Shown: piece after piece, positions 55,072 to 63,608 of the stretch | How the letters are laid out: every line of letters begins with the position of its first letter | How positions within the stretch are numbered: position 1 is the first letter of the stretch | NCBI GenBank assembly: GCA_965202665.1 | Contig: OZ241841.1 | Coordinates: 1,664,001-1,728,000 of the forward strand | Origin: Candidatus Spongiisociaceae bacterium | Lineage (GTDB): Bacteria > Actinomycetota > Acidimicrobiia > Spongiisociales > Spongiisociaceae | Reading direction: 5' to 3' | Length of the DNA stretch: 64,000 nt | The notes under the pieces: generated by a model | What the model saw: the letters and a program-made list of their open reading frames with translations, nothing else | Told to the model about the DNA's origin: nothing | Database searches by the model: none | Position numbers and translations under genes: made by a program

Positions 55072-55788
55072 ATGAAAATAGTCGTCACCCACTTGACCAG
55101 AATGGGGGATCCGCACATTTGCTTGGCCGGGATAGATAAGAGATGGAAGCATTGGCGTCCGGTTTTGGCATCAAGGAAATCCGGAGACGGCTGGAAGCCC
55201 CACCGTAGATGGTTGCGCAGTGTAGGCGGCCCTTTTCATCTGGGTTCGAAAGTCGATCTGGGAGATGTCCGGCATGAGCCCGTTCCGCCCGATGTGGAGG
55301 ACGCAGTAGTCGATGTCAAACAAGTAAAGTTCATAGAGGATATTGACCGGGAGCATTTTTTGAAAATTCTTGACCGGTTAGCCCAGGACTCGATTAGGTC
55401 AATATTTGGGACAGAGTTGGAAAGCCGGGGTCCAACATCTGCGTCCATGCCGGTAGGTGCGGGTGAAAGGTCGTTAGGAATCCTGAGGTTGAGCGGAGCC
55501 GAACTCAAAGAACGCTTTGAGCCAAGGAAACAAAAACAAGAGATACGGCTGGTGTTCGAGGATCCGGATTTCGACAAACTGGGGCTCAATGTCACCGATT
55601 TACGTTTGTGGGAGGACTATAATAACCCAAAGACGGATCGAGTTAAGCGCATACAAGGTAAGCTGGATGACTGCCTGGTCGCCATCGGTCTTACCGGGGC
55701 TTGGGGACCTGATGGTGAGGAAAAAAGACATTGGTTGCAGATAAACAACATCTATCCGCGGAGCGACCCCCTGTGGGAGCGTGAGTAA
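55072..55788 (+). CDS. Dual OB-fold-like domain protein, copy 2
   Basis: Paralog of 54308-55021 with the same motifs and an identical DPLWERE end. Confidence 0.7.
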   Translation: MKIVVTHLTRMGDPHICLAGIDKRWKHWRPVLASRKSGDGWKPHRRWLRSVGGPFHLGSKVDLGDVRHEPVPPDVEDAVVDVKQVKFIEDIDREHFLKILDRLAQDSIRSIFGTELESRGPTSASMPVGAGERSLGILRLSGAELKERFEPRKQKQEIRLVFEDPDFDKLGLNVTDLRLWEDYNNPKTDRVKRIQGKLDDCLVAIGLTGAWGPDGEEKRHWLQINNIYPRSDPLWERE

Positions 55789-55988
55789 GAGGGCTCGTCG
55801 TTTGCCGCGCTGGGCCGCCTTGCCCTCTCCGGACCCCTGTTCGCATCGGGGCCCCATGGGGTCGAACTGAGATTTGTCATACATCCCCCCTAAAATCCGT
55901 AAAACAAGGTAAAAACCGCAGGATAGGCGGGGTTTCTGCCACAATGGCGGAGCTTGCGCACCGGCTGGGCAGACGGGAGGAAAACAGA

Positions 55989-56285
55989 ATGGCGGAGGTT
56001 CCGCTCAGCGAAGAAGAGGTGATCAACGCGGAGGAGGCGGCCCGGTTGCTGGGCTTGGATGTCCTGCAGGTGCGCCGTTTGGCGCAGAAGGGGAGCCTCC
56101 CCGCCTACCGGTTGCCCGGCGGCCGCAAATACAAGTTTTTCCTCAGCGAAGTGCAGGCCTTCGCGGCATCCCGCCCTGCGGAGCCGGACGCCGAGGAGCC
56201 TCCCGCCGAGGTTGCGGCGGAAACTGAGGCGGTCCCCTCCGGGGCGCCCGCCGCCGACTCGGCGGTGGGCGAAACGGCAGGTTAA
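55989..56285 (+). CDS. Xis/BldC-like (HTH_17) DNA-binding protein with acidic tail
   Basis: INAEEAARLLGLDVLQVRRLAQKGSLPAYRLPGGRKYKFF; SD GGGAGG. Confidence 0.85.
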   Translation: MAEVPLSEEEVINAEEAARLLGLDVLQVRRLAQKGSLPAYRLPGGRKYKFFLSEVQAFAASRPAEPDAEEPPAEVAAETEAVPSGAPAADSAVGETAG

Positions 56286-56337
56286 CCGCGCTTTTTGCCA
56301 CACGGGGGCGCGTAGGCCGGGGCCGTCCTGGAGATAC

Positions 56338-56366
56338 TTGAAAATAAATGTGGAATAATGTAAACT
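56338..56366 (+). promoter_or_regulatory. Sigma70-type promoter in an AT-rich spacer
   Basis: TTGAAA (56338-43), 17-bp spacer, TAAACT (56361-66). Confidence 0.6.
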
Positions 56367-56416
56367 ATTCTAAGGTTGTATGCTGATACAGTACGCACAC
56401 TGACAGGAGGTATAAG

Positions 56417-56647
56417 ATGGCGACTGTTACTTCGTTTGGCGACGACGAGGTCCTCGGCGCGCAGGATGTGGCCGATTTGCTGGACATGAACGTCCAGATG
56501 GTGCGCAAGTACGCCCGGGAGGGGCGTCTTCCCGCCTACCGGCTGCCCGGCGGCCGCAACTACAAGTTCTTCCGCAGGGAGTTGATCCGGTACCTGCGCC
56601 AGCACCCGGTGGACGACCGGGGCATCGTAAGCGAAGCCGGCGTCTGA
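56417..56647 (+). CDS. Xis/BldC-like (HTH_17) DNA-binding protein, paralog
   Basis: LGAQDVADLLDMNVQMVRKYAREGRLPAYRLPGGRNYKFF; SD AGGAGGT. Confidence 0.88.
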   Translation: MATVTSFGDDEVLGAQDVADLLDMNVQMVRKYAREGRLPAYRLPGGRNYKFFRRELIRYLRQHPVDDRGIVSEAGV

Positions 56648-56699
56648 CGAGAGACGCCGCCGGGACGCCCCCGGTTTGCGGGAGCGGGAGCCGTTTCAG

Positions 56700-57410
56700 T
56701 CAGTAGGTGGCGCGTCCGCCGGTGATGTCGTAGGTGTGTCCGGTGGAGAAACTGCATTCGTCGGAGGCCAGCCACGACACCAGGGCCGCCACTTCCTCCG
56801 GCTGGCCGACCCGTCCCATCGGTATGCGGGACACCATGTATTCGATGGTTTCCGGTTCGGTGACCGCGTTCATCGGGGTGGCGATCACGGCCGGGGCCAC
56901 CGCGTTGACGATAACCCCGTCCCGGGCCGCTTCTTTGCCCACCGATTTGGTGAGGCCGATCACCGCCGCCTTGCTCGCCGAGTAGGCGGCCAGGTTGGGG
57001 TTGCCTTCTTTGCCGGCGATGCTGGCGATGTTCACTATCCGCCCCCAGCCCCGCTCCCGCATGGCGGGCAGGACCGCCCGGATGGCGTTGAAAGTCCCGG
57101 TGAGGTTGGTGTCGACGGCTTCCGCCCAGTCCCGGTCGGACACTTCCCACACCGGCATGTTGGGCCCCAGAATCCCGGCGCTGTTGACCAGCACGTCGAT
57201 CGGTCCGCGGGCCCGCACCGCCGCGTTGACCGCCGCCGAGTCGGTGATGTCCAGGCGCTCCGTCCCGGCGAATTCGCCCCCGATTTCCCCCAGGGCGGCG
57301 GCGGAAATGTCGGCCGCCACCACTTCTAAGCCGTCGGCGGTCAGCCTCCGGGCGCAGGCCAAGCCGATTCCGCTGGCCCCGCCCGTAACCAACGCCCGCC
57401 GCGGGCTCAT
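56700..57410 (-). CDS. Short-chain dehydrogenase/reductase
   Basis: TGGASGIG, VNSAG, NIAS, YSASK and VNAVAPA motifs. Confidence 0.92.
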   Translation of the reverse strand: MSPRRALVTGGASGIGLACARRLTADGLEVVAADISAAALGEIGGEFAGTERLDITDSAAVNAAVRARGPIDVLVNSAGILGPNMPVWEVSDRDWAEAVDTNLTGTFNAIRAVLPAMRERGWGRIVNIASIAGKEGNPNLAAYSASKAAVIGLTKSVGKEAARDGVIVNAVAPAVIATPMNAVTEPETIEYMVSRIPMGRVGQPEEVAALVSWLASDECSFSTGHTYDITGGRATY

Positions 57411-57474
57411 CGGCCTTTAGCCGGGGTAAGGGTTTCCGTCATCCCCCCAAGTATAGGCGCCGGGGCGGGGCGGT

Positions 57475-58479
57475 TCATGGGACGAGGACGGCCCTTCCGG
57501 CGATTCGGCCTTGGGCCAAATGGAGGAGGGCCCGGTCGGCTTCCCGCAACGGGTAGGAGGCGATGCGGGGGATGACCCGGCCTGCCAAAGCCAGGGCGGT
57601 TACTTCCAGCAACTCCGGATAGGTGCCCACGTACACCCCTTCGATCCGGTATTCGGAGGTGACCAGGTCGGCGGCGGACAGGGTCAGCCCCCCGCCCACC
57701 CCCACCGCCAGGAAATGGCCTCCGGGGCGCAGGGCGGCCAGCCCGGAGGCGATGGAATCATCGGATCCCACGAAGTCCAAGGCGGCCGCCGCCGGTTCCG
57801 GCAGGGCCCCGGCCAATTCCCCGGGGGCGACCGCCGCCTCCGCCCCGCATTGCAAAGCCAGTTCCCGGGCTTCCGGGCGGGGGTCCACCGCCACCACCCG
57901 GGCCGGGCCGATCGCCCGCAGAATCTGGACGGCCAGATGTCCCAGGCCGCCCGCTCCGATAACCACCGCCGCGTCTCCCGGGGCCAGGCGGGCGCGGGCG
58001 CAGGCCCGGTAGGCGGCCAGCCCGGCGTCGGTCAGCGGCGCGTAGGCGGCCGGGTCGGTTCCGGCGGGCAGCGGAACCAGGGAACGTTCCCGGCACAGCA
58101 GGTATTCGGCGTATCCGCCGGGGGCGTCCAAGCCGGGGGTCAGCCGATGCGGGGCGCGGGAGTCGATTCCCCGCCGTTCCGCTTGGCTGAGGCCGTCCGA
58201 CTGGAAGGGGTAGCAAACCACCGGGTCGCCTTCCCGCACGGCGGTCACCCCGGGGCCCGTCCGGTGGACGTAACCGGCGTTTTCATGGCCGAGGATGTGG
58301 GGGAGCGGCACTTCCATTTCCCCGGTCAGCAGGTGCAGGTCGGTGCGGCACACCCCGGCCCCGGCTATCCGCACCACCACATGATCCGTTTCGGTTATCA
58401 CCGGGTCGGGTATTTCTTCCATTTGCAGGAGCGGGCCGGCCAGGTCGGGCGACAGGCCGCGCATCACCGCCGCTTTCAT
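57475..58479 (-). CDS. Zinc-binding (MDR) alcohol dehydrogenase lacking the structural-zinc cysteines
   Basis: GVCRTDLH, LGHENAG, LTDAG, GAGGLG; the lobe loop reads CYPFQSDGLSQAERRG. Confidence 0.88.
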   Translation of the reverse strand: MKAAVMRGLSPDLAGPLLQMEEIPDPVITETDHVVVRIAGAGVCRTDLHLLTGEMEVPLPHILGHENAGYVHRTGPGVTAVREGDPVVCYPFQSDGLSQAERRGIDSRAPHRLTPGLDAPGGYAEYLLCRERSLVPLPAGTDPAAYAPLTDAGLAAYRACARARLAPGDAAVVIGAGGLGHLAVQILRAIGPARVVAVDPRPEARELALQCGAEAAVAPGELAGALPEPAAAALDFVGSDDSIASGLAALRPGGHFLAVGVGGGLTLSAADLVTSEYRIEGVYVGTYPELLEVTALALAGRVIPRIASYPLREADRALLHLAQGRIAGRAVLVP

Positions 58480-58614
58480 AGGGCGCCCTCCCGGGTGCGG
58501 GTTTTGCCGTCGGGGAACATCTTGGCGATTTTACCGCCCGCCGGGGGCGGCGGCCGGGGAGGCCCCGGTCTATAATTCCCCTGGTTCGTTATTCGACAAG
58601 GGAGGGCGCGGCGA

Positions 58615-59424
58615 ATGTGCACCATCGGCGCTTTGCGGCTGGGGGAGGACGACTACGTCCTGTTCAAAAACAAGGATTTCGGGCGTCCCCATTTTGACGA
58701 CCGCATCGTGGCGGAGCGGGACGTTTTCGGGGTGGAGGGCATCACCACCTGGGCGGATTCCGACCCCGACCGGGACCGGTTTTCCGGGTTTTCCATAGGG
58801 GCCAACGCCGCCGGGTTGCTGGCCTGCGATTCCAACGTGCGCACCTTGCCCGACCACGCCAACTACGACGATTTGGTGGAGTTCGCTTTGCGGGAAGGGA
58901 CGGATGCGGAGTCGGGGGCGGCGGCGGTGCAAGCGGCGGCGGCGGAGCGTCCCTACCTGTGGGGAAACGTGCTGCTGAGCGACGGGGAAAACCAGGTGGT
59001 GTTGGAGGTACGCGGGCAACGGGCGTCGAAGATGCCCCTGCCCGGGCCGGCCGCCCGCACCAACCACCATCCCCGCTGGGGGGTTCATCCCGAGCAGGAC
59101 GACACGACTACCAGCCAGACCCGTTGGGATTCCGCCCAATACCGGGTGGAGCGGGCCGAGTCGGTGGGGGACGTGTTCGCCCTGCTGGGCAGCCACGACG
59201 ACGGCGCCACCGGGGTGTGCAACCACGCCCTGTACCGGACGGTGTACAGCTACGTGTTGCGCCGCCGGGCCGGGGAGACCACCCTGTTCGTGCGGCAGGG
59301 CGCCCCGTGCGCGGAAGGGGAGGTGCGGGAGTTGCCGTTGCCGTTGGGGGAGCGGTGGTCGCCGGCGGCGGAGGAGGCCTTCCGGGCCGCCTATCCGTCC
59401 GCCCGCGCCCAAGCCGCCGCTTAA
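58615..59424 (+). CDS. Ntn-hydrolase with N-terminal Cys nucleophile (C45/acyltransferase-like)
   Basis: Starts MCT...FKNKD; also GANAAGL, GNVLLSD, RTNH and TVYS motifs. Confidence 0.75.
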   Translation: MCTIGALRLGEDDYVLFKNKDFGRPHFDDRIVAERDVFGVEGITTWADSDPDRDRFSGFSIGANAAGLLACDSNVRTLPDHANYDDLVEFALREGTDAESGAAAVQAAAAERPYLWGNVLLSDGENQVVLEVRGQRASKMPLPGPAARTNHHPRWGVHPEQDDTTTSQTRWDSAQYRVERAESVGDVFALLGSHDDGATGVCNHALYRTVYSYVLRRRAGETTLFVRQGAPCAEGEVRELPLPLGERWSPAAEEAFRAAYPSARAQAAA

Positions 59425-59434
59425 GCCCGGGGGG

Positions 59435-60400
59435 TTACCGGGGCGGTTGGAGCAGGCCGGCGTCCAGCATCCGCCGGAAGTCCCCCATCGCGTCGGCGAT
59501 GCCTTCTTCCATCGTGCGATGCCGGACGCCGAGCAGGCCGTCCAAAGCGGTTCCGTCTATCGCCTGCGGCAGGGGGAGCGGCTGGTCGTCGAAGGTGACG
59601 CCGACTCCGGGGGCGGCGGCGGAGACGGCGGCGGCGATGTCGGCGATGGCCGCGGTGGGCCCGCCCATGTTGTGGATAAGGGCGGAGTCGGTTTCCAGCC
59701 GGGCCGCGGCCAGGAAACAGTCGGCCGCGTCTTGGGCGTGCTGGAAGGTGGATGAGCCGCCGAAGCCGATGTGGGAGGAGGAGCCGGCGGCGGCGGCCAG
59801 CATGGATTTGGTCGGGTCGGAGGTGAGTCCCTGGTCGCGTCCGGGGCCGTAGACGATGCACGGGCGCAGTCCCACCGACCCCACCCCCCAGTCGTCGGCG
59901 TAGACGCGGGCGGTCCCTTCGTTGGCCTGCTTGTAGACGCCGTACAGGGTGCGGGGGGCCAGCGGGGAGCGGTCGCCCGCCGTCCCCCCCTCGTACATTT
60001 CCGCCGGGCCGAACACCGCCACCGAACTGGCGTAAGCCGTTCCCCGCACCCGTCCTTCCGACCGCCGTACCGCTTCCAGGATGTTGACGGTCCCCGCCAC
60101 GTTGACTTGGGACCCCATAATCGGATCGGCCGCGCAGAACGGAATCTGCAAGGCGGCCAAATGGACGATGTGGGTGATGTTTTCTTCCCGGACCAGCGAT
60201 TCCACGGCGGCGAAGTCCCGCAGGTCGCCCCGCCGAAAGGCCACGTCGCCCATCCGGTCTTCGTCCAGCAACAACCGCAACCGCCGGTAATCCTCCGACA
60301 AGTCGAAGGCGACCACCGCCGTCCCCTCGTCGACCAGCTGACGGACAACCCAAGACCCCAGGCACCCCCCCGCCCCGGTAACCAACACCCGATCCAACAT
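59435..60400 (-). CDS. NAD-dependent epimerase/dehydratase (extended SDR)
   Basis: VTGAGGCLG, VHLAA, ASS, YGVYK and RPCIVYGPG motifs; SD GGGAGG before ATG 60400. Confidence 0.9.
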   Translation of the reverse strand: MLDRVLVTGAGGCLGSWVVRQLVDEGTAVVAFDLSEDYRRLRLLLDEDRMGDVAFRRGDLRDFAAVESLVREENITHIVHLAALQIPFCAADPIMGSQVNVAGTVNILEAVRRSEGRVRGTAYASSVAVFGPAEMYEGGTAGDRSPLAPRTLYGVYKQANEGTARVYADDWGVGSVGLRPCIVYGPGRDQGLTSDPTKSMLAAAAGSSSHIGFGGSSTFQHAQDAADCFLAAARLETDSALIHNMGGPTAAIADIAAAVSAAAPGVGVTFDDQPLPLPQAIDGTALDGLLGVRHRTMEEGIADAMGDFRRMLDAGLLQPPR

Positions 60401-60593
60401 CCCGCCTCCCTTCGCCTCTTGCGCAACCCCCATAGTACCAACCCGCCCCAACCCCCGCCGCGTTCTCCAGGCCGGGGGAAGCGCGGCCTGCTAAACGCAA
60501 CAGGTCTTTACGGAAAACGGCTGTGTATGATTTGGCGGGGTTGGAGGGATGGTGATATGATACGCGGCCTATGAGTCGAAAGGGGCGGTAAAC

Positions 60594-60800
60594 GTGAAAG
60601 CCAATAATTTGGACAGGGCGGTGGGCTTGCTGGTATCGGAGTGCATAGCATCTTTCGAGTACAGCCTTGGTTGGGACTGCACTATGTTCGACGAAGGCCT
60701 TCGTGTTGCCATATCAGACACTTTGACGAACTGTGAGCATAAAGGAGAGTTTGTCAAAACCGTTTTGGAACGGTTGGGCGAATACGAGACTATTAGTTAG
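60594..60800 (+). CDS. Small hypothetical protein
   Basis: 68-aa ORF with SD-like AAGGGG, 35 bp upstream of the GHKL gene. Confidence 0.4.
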   Translation: MKANNLDRAVGLLVSECIASFEYSLGWDCTMFDEGLRVAISDTLTNCEHKGEFVKTVLERLGEYETIS

Positions 60801-60835
60801 TTAACAATACTTTAGATAAAGAGGGAACCAAAATA

Positions 60836-63211
60836 ATGGATAATAAGAACCTGGCCACCAGATTGATGAGAGCTGATTCAGCGGATGTGGTAGTGAACAT
60901 TCTTGAAGAGGCGGGCTATTGGCACGAGGACCGCTATTGGCGGTATCTCGGTGATATGCCAACTAACTTTTCCTCTATTGGCAATCAGCAAAGTGATCCG
61001 GTAGCCTCTTTGGTCGAGAAGATAATCAACGGAGTTGACGCTCGGCTGATGAATGCCTGCTTAGAACAAAACATTGACCCTGAGTCCAAAGAGGCTCCCA
61101 ACACTATGCAAGAGGCAGTGTCTCGTTTCTTTGAGGGAGGATCGGATGCTCGGGTGGATGGTAAGATTAGACACTGGAGTGCCGATCAGCTTCGCCAAGA
61201 GAGCTCTTTTTTGACTGTCGCTGCAACCGGTCATCGACCAGGCAAAGGTGACCCATGTATTACTATTGCGGACCAAGGAGAGGGGCAAACACCCGACGAG
61301 TTTCCAAATACGTTTTTGTCATTACAAAAAGGCAATAAAAACAAAATTCAATTTGTTCAAGGTAAATACAATATGGGCGGTACAGGAGCATTGAACTTTT
61401 GTGCTGGCCCGCATCGTTTGCAACTAATCATCTCGCGGCGAAACCCTGCTCTTCTAAAGGATAGTTTTTCTGAACGAGACAGCCAGTGGGGTTTTACGGT
61501 GGTGAGACGTGAAAAGCCTGTAGGTAATGAAAAGAATTCTACTTTCACATACCTTGCTCCTATTGGCTCTTCGTATCGTAAAGGGGAAGTTCTTACCTTT
61601 GTATCGGATGCTTGGCCATTATTTCCTGATGGTGAGGATGCGTATTGTATTCCTAGCAAGTTTGGAACACTCGTAAAACTATATGAGTATGACTTACCAA
61701 ACAAAAGTAATATAGTATCATCAGAGACGGGGCTGTTTCGTAGGCTTGACTTGGGAATGCCTGAGATAGTTCTTCCAGTAAAAGTTTTTGAATGTCGGCC
61801 AGGTTATGGAGGTACAGCAGAAGGTGTAATAGATGGACTAATTGCAAGATTAGAAGAAGATAGATCTAAAACTCTTGAACCAGGCTTTCCTCAGGTTAGC
61901 GAGATTAGCGATAACCAGAAACTCCCGATACGCATATATGCTTTCAAACATGGTCAAGGAAAACATTATCGTACATCAGATACGGGTATTGTTTTTACGC
62001 TAAATGGCCAAACGCATGCTTCACTACCGCGTAGCTTTTATAGTCGCAAATCAGTCGGTATGAGCTATTTGGCTGATTCGCTACTACTGATAGCTGATTG
62101 TTCTGAACTACAACGTGATAAGCAAGAAGAATTATTCATGGCTAGTAGGGATAGGATGAGGAAGTCCGCTTTTTCTAAACAATTGGAAGATGATTTGGTA
62201 TCGCTTTTGAATGATAATCCTGCTTTGAAAGAATTGAGAAATCGACGTAGAAAAGAGCAAATTGGGGAACAATTGAGTGATGATAAACCCTTACAAGAAA
62301 TATTGAGCAATTTAGTTAGCAAAGATCCGAATTTGGCGAAATTGCTGATGACAGGGAATAGAATAAGTGCTCCGTTTGTTCCTGGGCCAATCCCGAACGG
62401 TGATTCGGAGTTTGAGGGGAGAAAATTTCCTACCTTTTTCAAATTTAAAAAAATCGATTACGGAGAAATATTTATAAGAGAAGGTTCTTTAGGAAGTAAG
62501 ATTCGGTTTGATTTTATTACCGATGCTGTTAACGATTATTTTGGGCGAGATATAGACCCAGGTCAGTTAACTGTGACGATCGATGATTTTGAACCTAAGT
62601 ATTTAAGATTACCTCTAAGGGATGGTAGTTGCAGTGTCAATCTTGTGATACCTGAAAGATATGTAGAGGGTGATATATTTGAGGTTCAGGTACAGGTTAC
62701 AGATCAATCCCGCATTGAACCTTTTATTAATATTGCTAGAGTGACGCTAAGAAAGGGTCGTAAATCACCACCGGGTCCTCGACCAAATCCCCCTAAGTTC
62801 GCTGATAAACTTTCGTTGCCGAAAATAATAAAGGTGAAGGAAGATAAATGGGCGAATCATGATTTCAATGCAGAGTCTGGTTTGGTTGTAAAAAGTACCA
62901 AATCGGAGAGTCGCGAATCTCGCCTGAGTTACGATTTTTATGTAAATGTGGATAATATATATTTAAAATCAGAGCAGAAATCTTCTAAAATTGATTCGAG
63001 CTTGCTCGAAGCAAGATTTGTATATGGGCTTGTTCTTTTTGCTATGGCTATTTTAAGAGATCCTAAAGATTTCAAATCTCTCTATCAGGGTGAAGAACCT
63101 GATGATTTGGAGGGGATAGTTAAGCATGTGAGCAAGAGTTTGGCGCGAATAATACTTCCGGTATTTAATTTGATTTTTGATCTTTCTGACTCTGATTATT
63201 TTGATGAGTAA
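60836..63211 (+). CDS. AT-rich GHKL (HSP90/MORC-like) ATPase domain protein
   Basis: N-box SLVEKIINGVDA, G1 IADQGEG, G2 QGKYNMGGTG, GTLVKLYEY; composition far more AT-rich than the flanks. Confidence 0.8.
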   Translation: MDNKNLATRLMRADSADVVVNILEEAGYWHEDRYWRYLGDMPTNFSSIGNQQSDPVASLVEKIINGVDARLMNACLEQNIDPESKEAPNTMQEAVSRFFEGGSDARVDGKIRHWSADQLRQESSFLTVAATGHRPGKGDPCITIADQGEGQTPDEFPNTFLSLQKGNKNKIQFVQGKYNMGGTGALNFCAGPHRLQLIISRRNPALLKDSFSERDSQWGFTVVRREKPVGNEKNSTFTYLAPIGSSYRKGEVLTFVSDAWPLFPDGEDAYCIPSKFGTLVKLYEYDLPNKSNIVSSETGLFRRLDLGMPEIVLPVKVFECRPGYGGTAEGVIDGLIARLEEDRSKTLEPGFPQVSEISDNQKLPIRIYAFKHGQGKHYRTSDTGIVFTLNGQTHASLPRSFYSRKSVGMSYLADSLLLIADCSELQRDKQEELFMASRDRMRKSAFSKQLEDDLVSLLNDNPALKELRNRRRKEQIGEQLSDDKPLQEILSNLVSKDPNLAKLLMTGNRISAPFVPGPIPNGDSEFEGRKFPTFFKFKKIDYGEIFIREGSLGSKIRFDFITDAVNDYFGRDIDPGQLTVTIDDFEPKYLRLPLRDGSCSVNLVIPERYVEGDIFEVQVQVTDQSRIEPFINIARVTLRKGRKSPPGPRPNPPKFADKLSLPKIIKVKEDKWANHDFNAESGLVVKSTKSESRESRLSYDFYVNVDNIYLKSEQKSSKIDSSLLEARFVYGLVLFAMAILRDPKDFKSLYQGEEPDDLEGIVKHVSKSLARIILPVFNLIFDLSDSDYFDE

Positions 63212-63268
63212 TATAGTATTGGTTTAGGAGGGTATCTCCAGGTGAGAGATGGTTTGCCGGGCTCTGGG

Positions 63269-63592
63269 TTAGTCGGTGGGGGGCCAGGTGGTTATTAGGG
63301 GGTGGTCTTGGTTTAGGGGTTTTACTCGGTTGGCGCCGCCGGGGGAGTTTAGGCCGGTGTGGCTGAAAAACTCAGCGTTGGCGGCTATGAAAGGTTCGAA
63401 GTCGGGGGGGGCGAATTCGTCCGGGTAGATGGCCTCCACCGGGCACACCGGTTCGCACGCCCCGCAGTCTATGCATTCGTCGGGGTGGATGTAGAGCATC
63501 CGCCCGCCCACGTAGATGCAGTCCACCGGGCATTCGGCTACGCAGGCCGCATCTTTCACATCGATGCAGGGGGGGCCGATTATGTATGCGAT
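63269..63592 (-). CDS. fdxA: 7Fe (FdxA-type) ferredoxin, apparent ATC start
   Basis: (I)AYIIGPPCIDVKDAACVAECPVDCIY...LYIHPDECIDCGACEPVCPVEAIY. Confidence 0.9.
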   Translation of the reverse strand: MAYIIGPPCIDVKDAACVAECPVDCIYVGGRMLYIHPDECIDCGACEPVCPVEAIYPDEFAPPDFEPFIAANAEFFSHTGLNSPGGANRVKPLNQDHPLITTWPPTD

Positions 63593-63608
63593 GACTTCCC
63601 CGTTCGTT

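Larger units (their letters stand above)
54264..55788 (+). repeat. Diverged tandem duplication (~760-bp units) including the 3' tip of the DUF488 gene and the SD
   Basis: AGGCTTGGGGAGACATACAAGCCGTCCACCTCTAAGGAGGAGTTATG (54264) vs AGGCTTGGCGAGACACACAAGCTGTCCATCTTTAAGGAGGAGTTTATG (55027). Confidence 0.85.

Noticed and set aside
55989-56647. Prophage excisionases
   Set aside because: No integrase, att sites or phage genes lie nearby.
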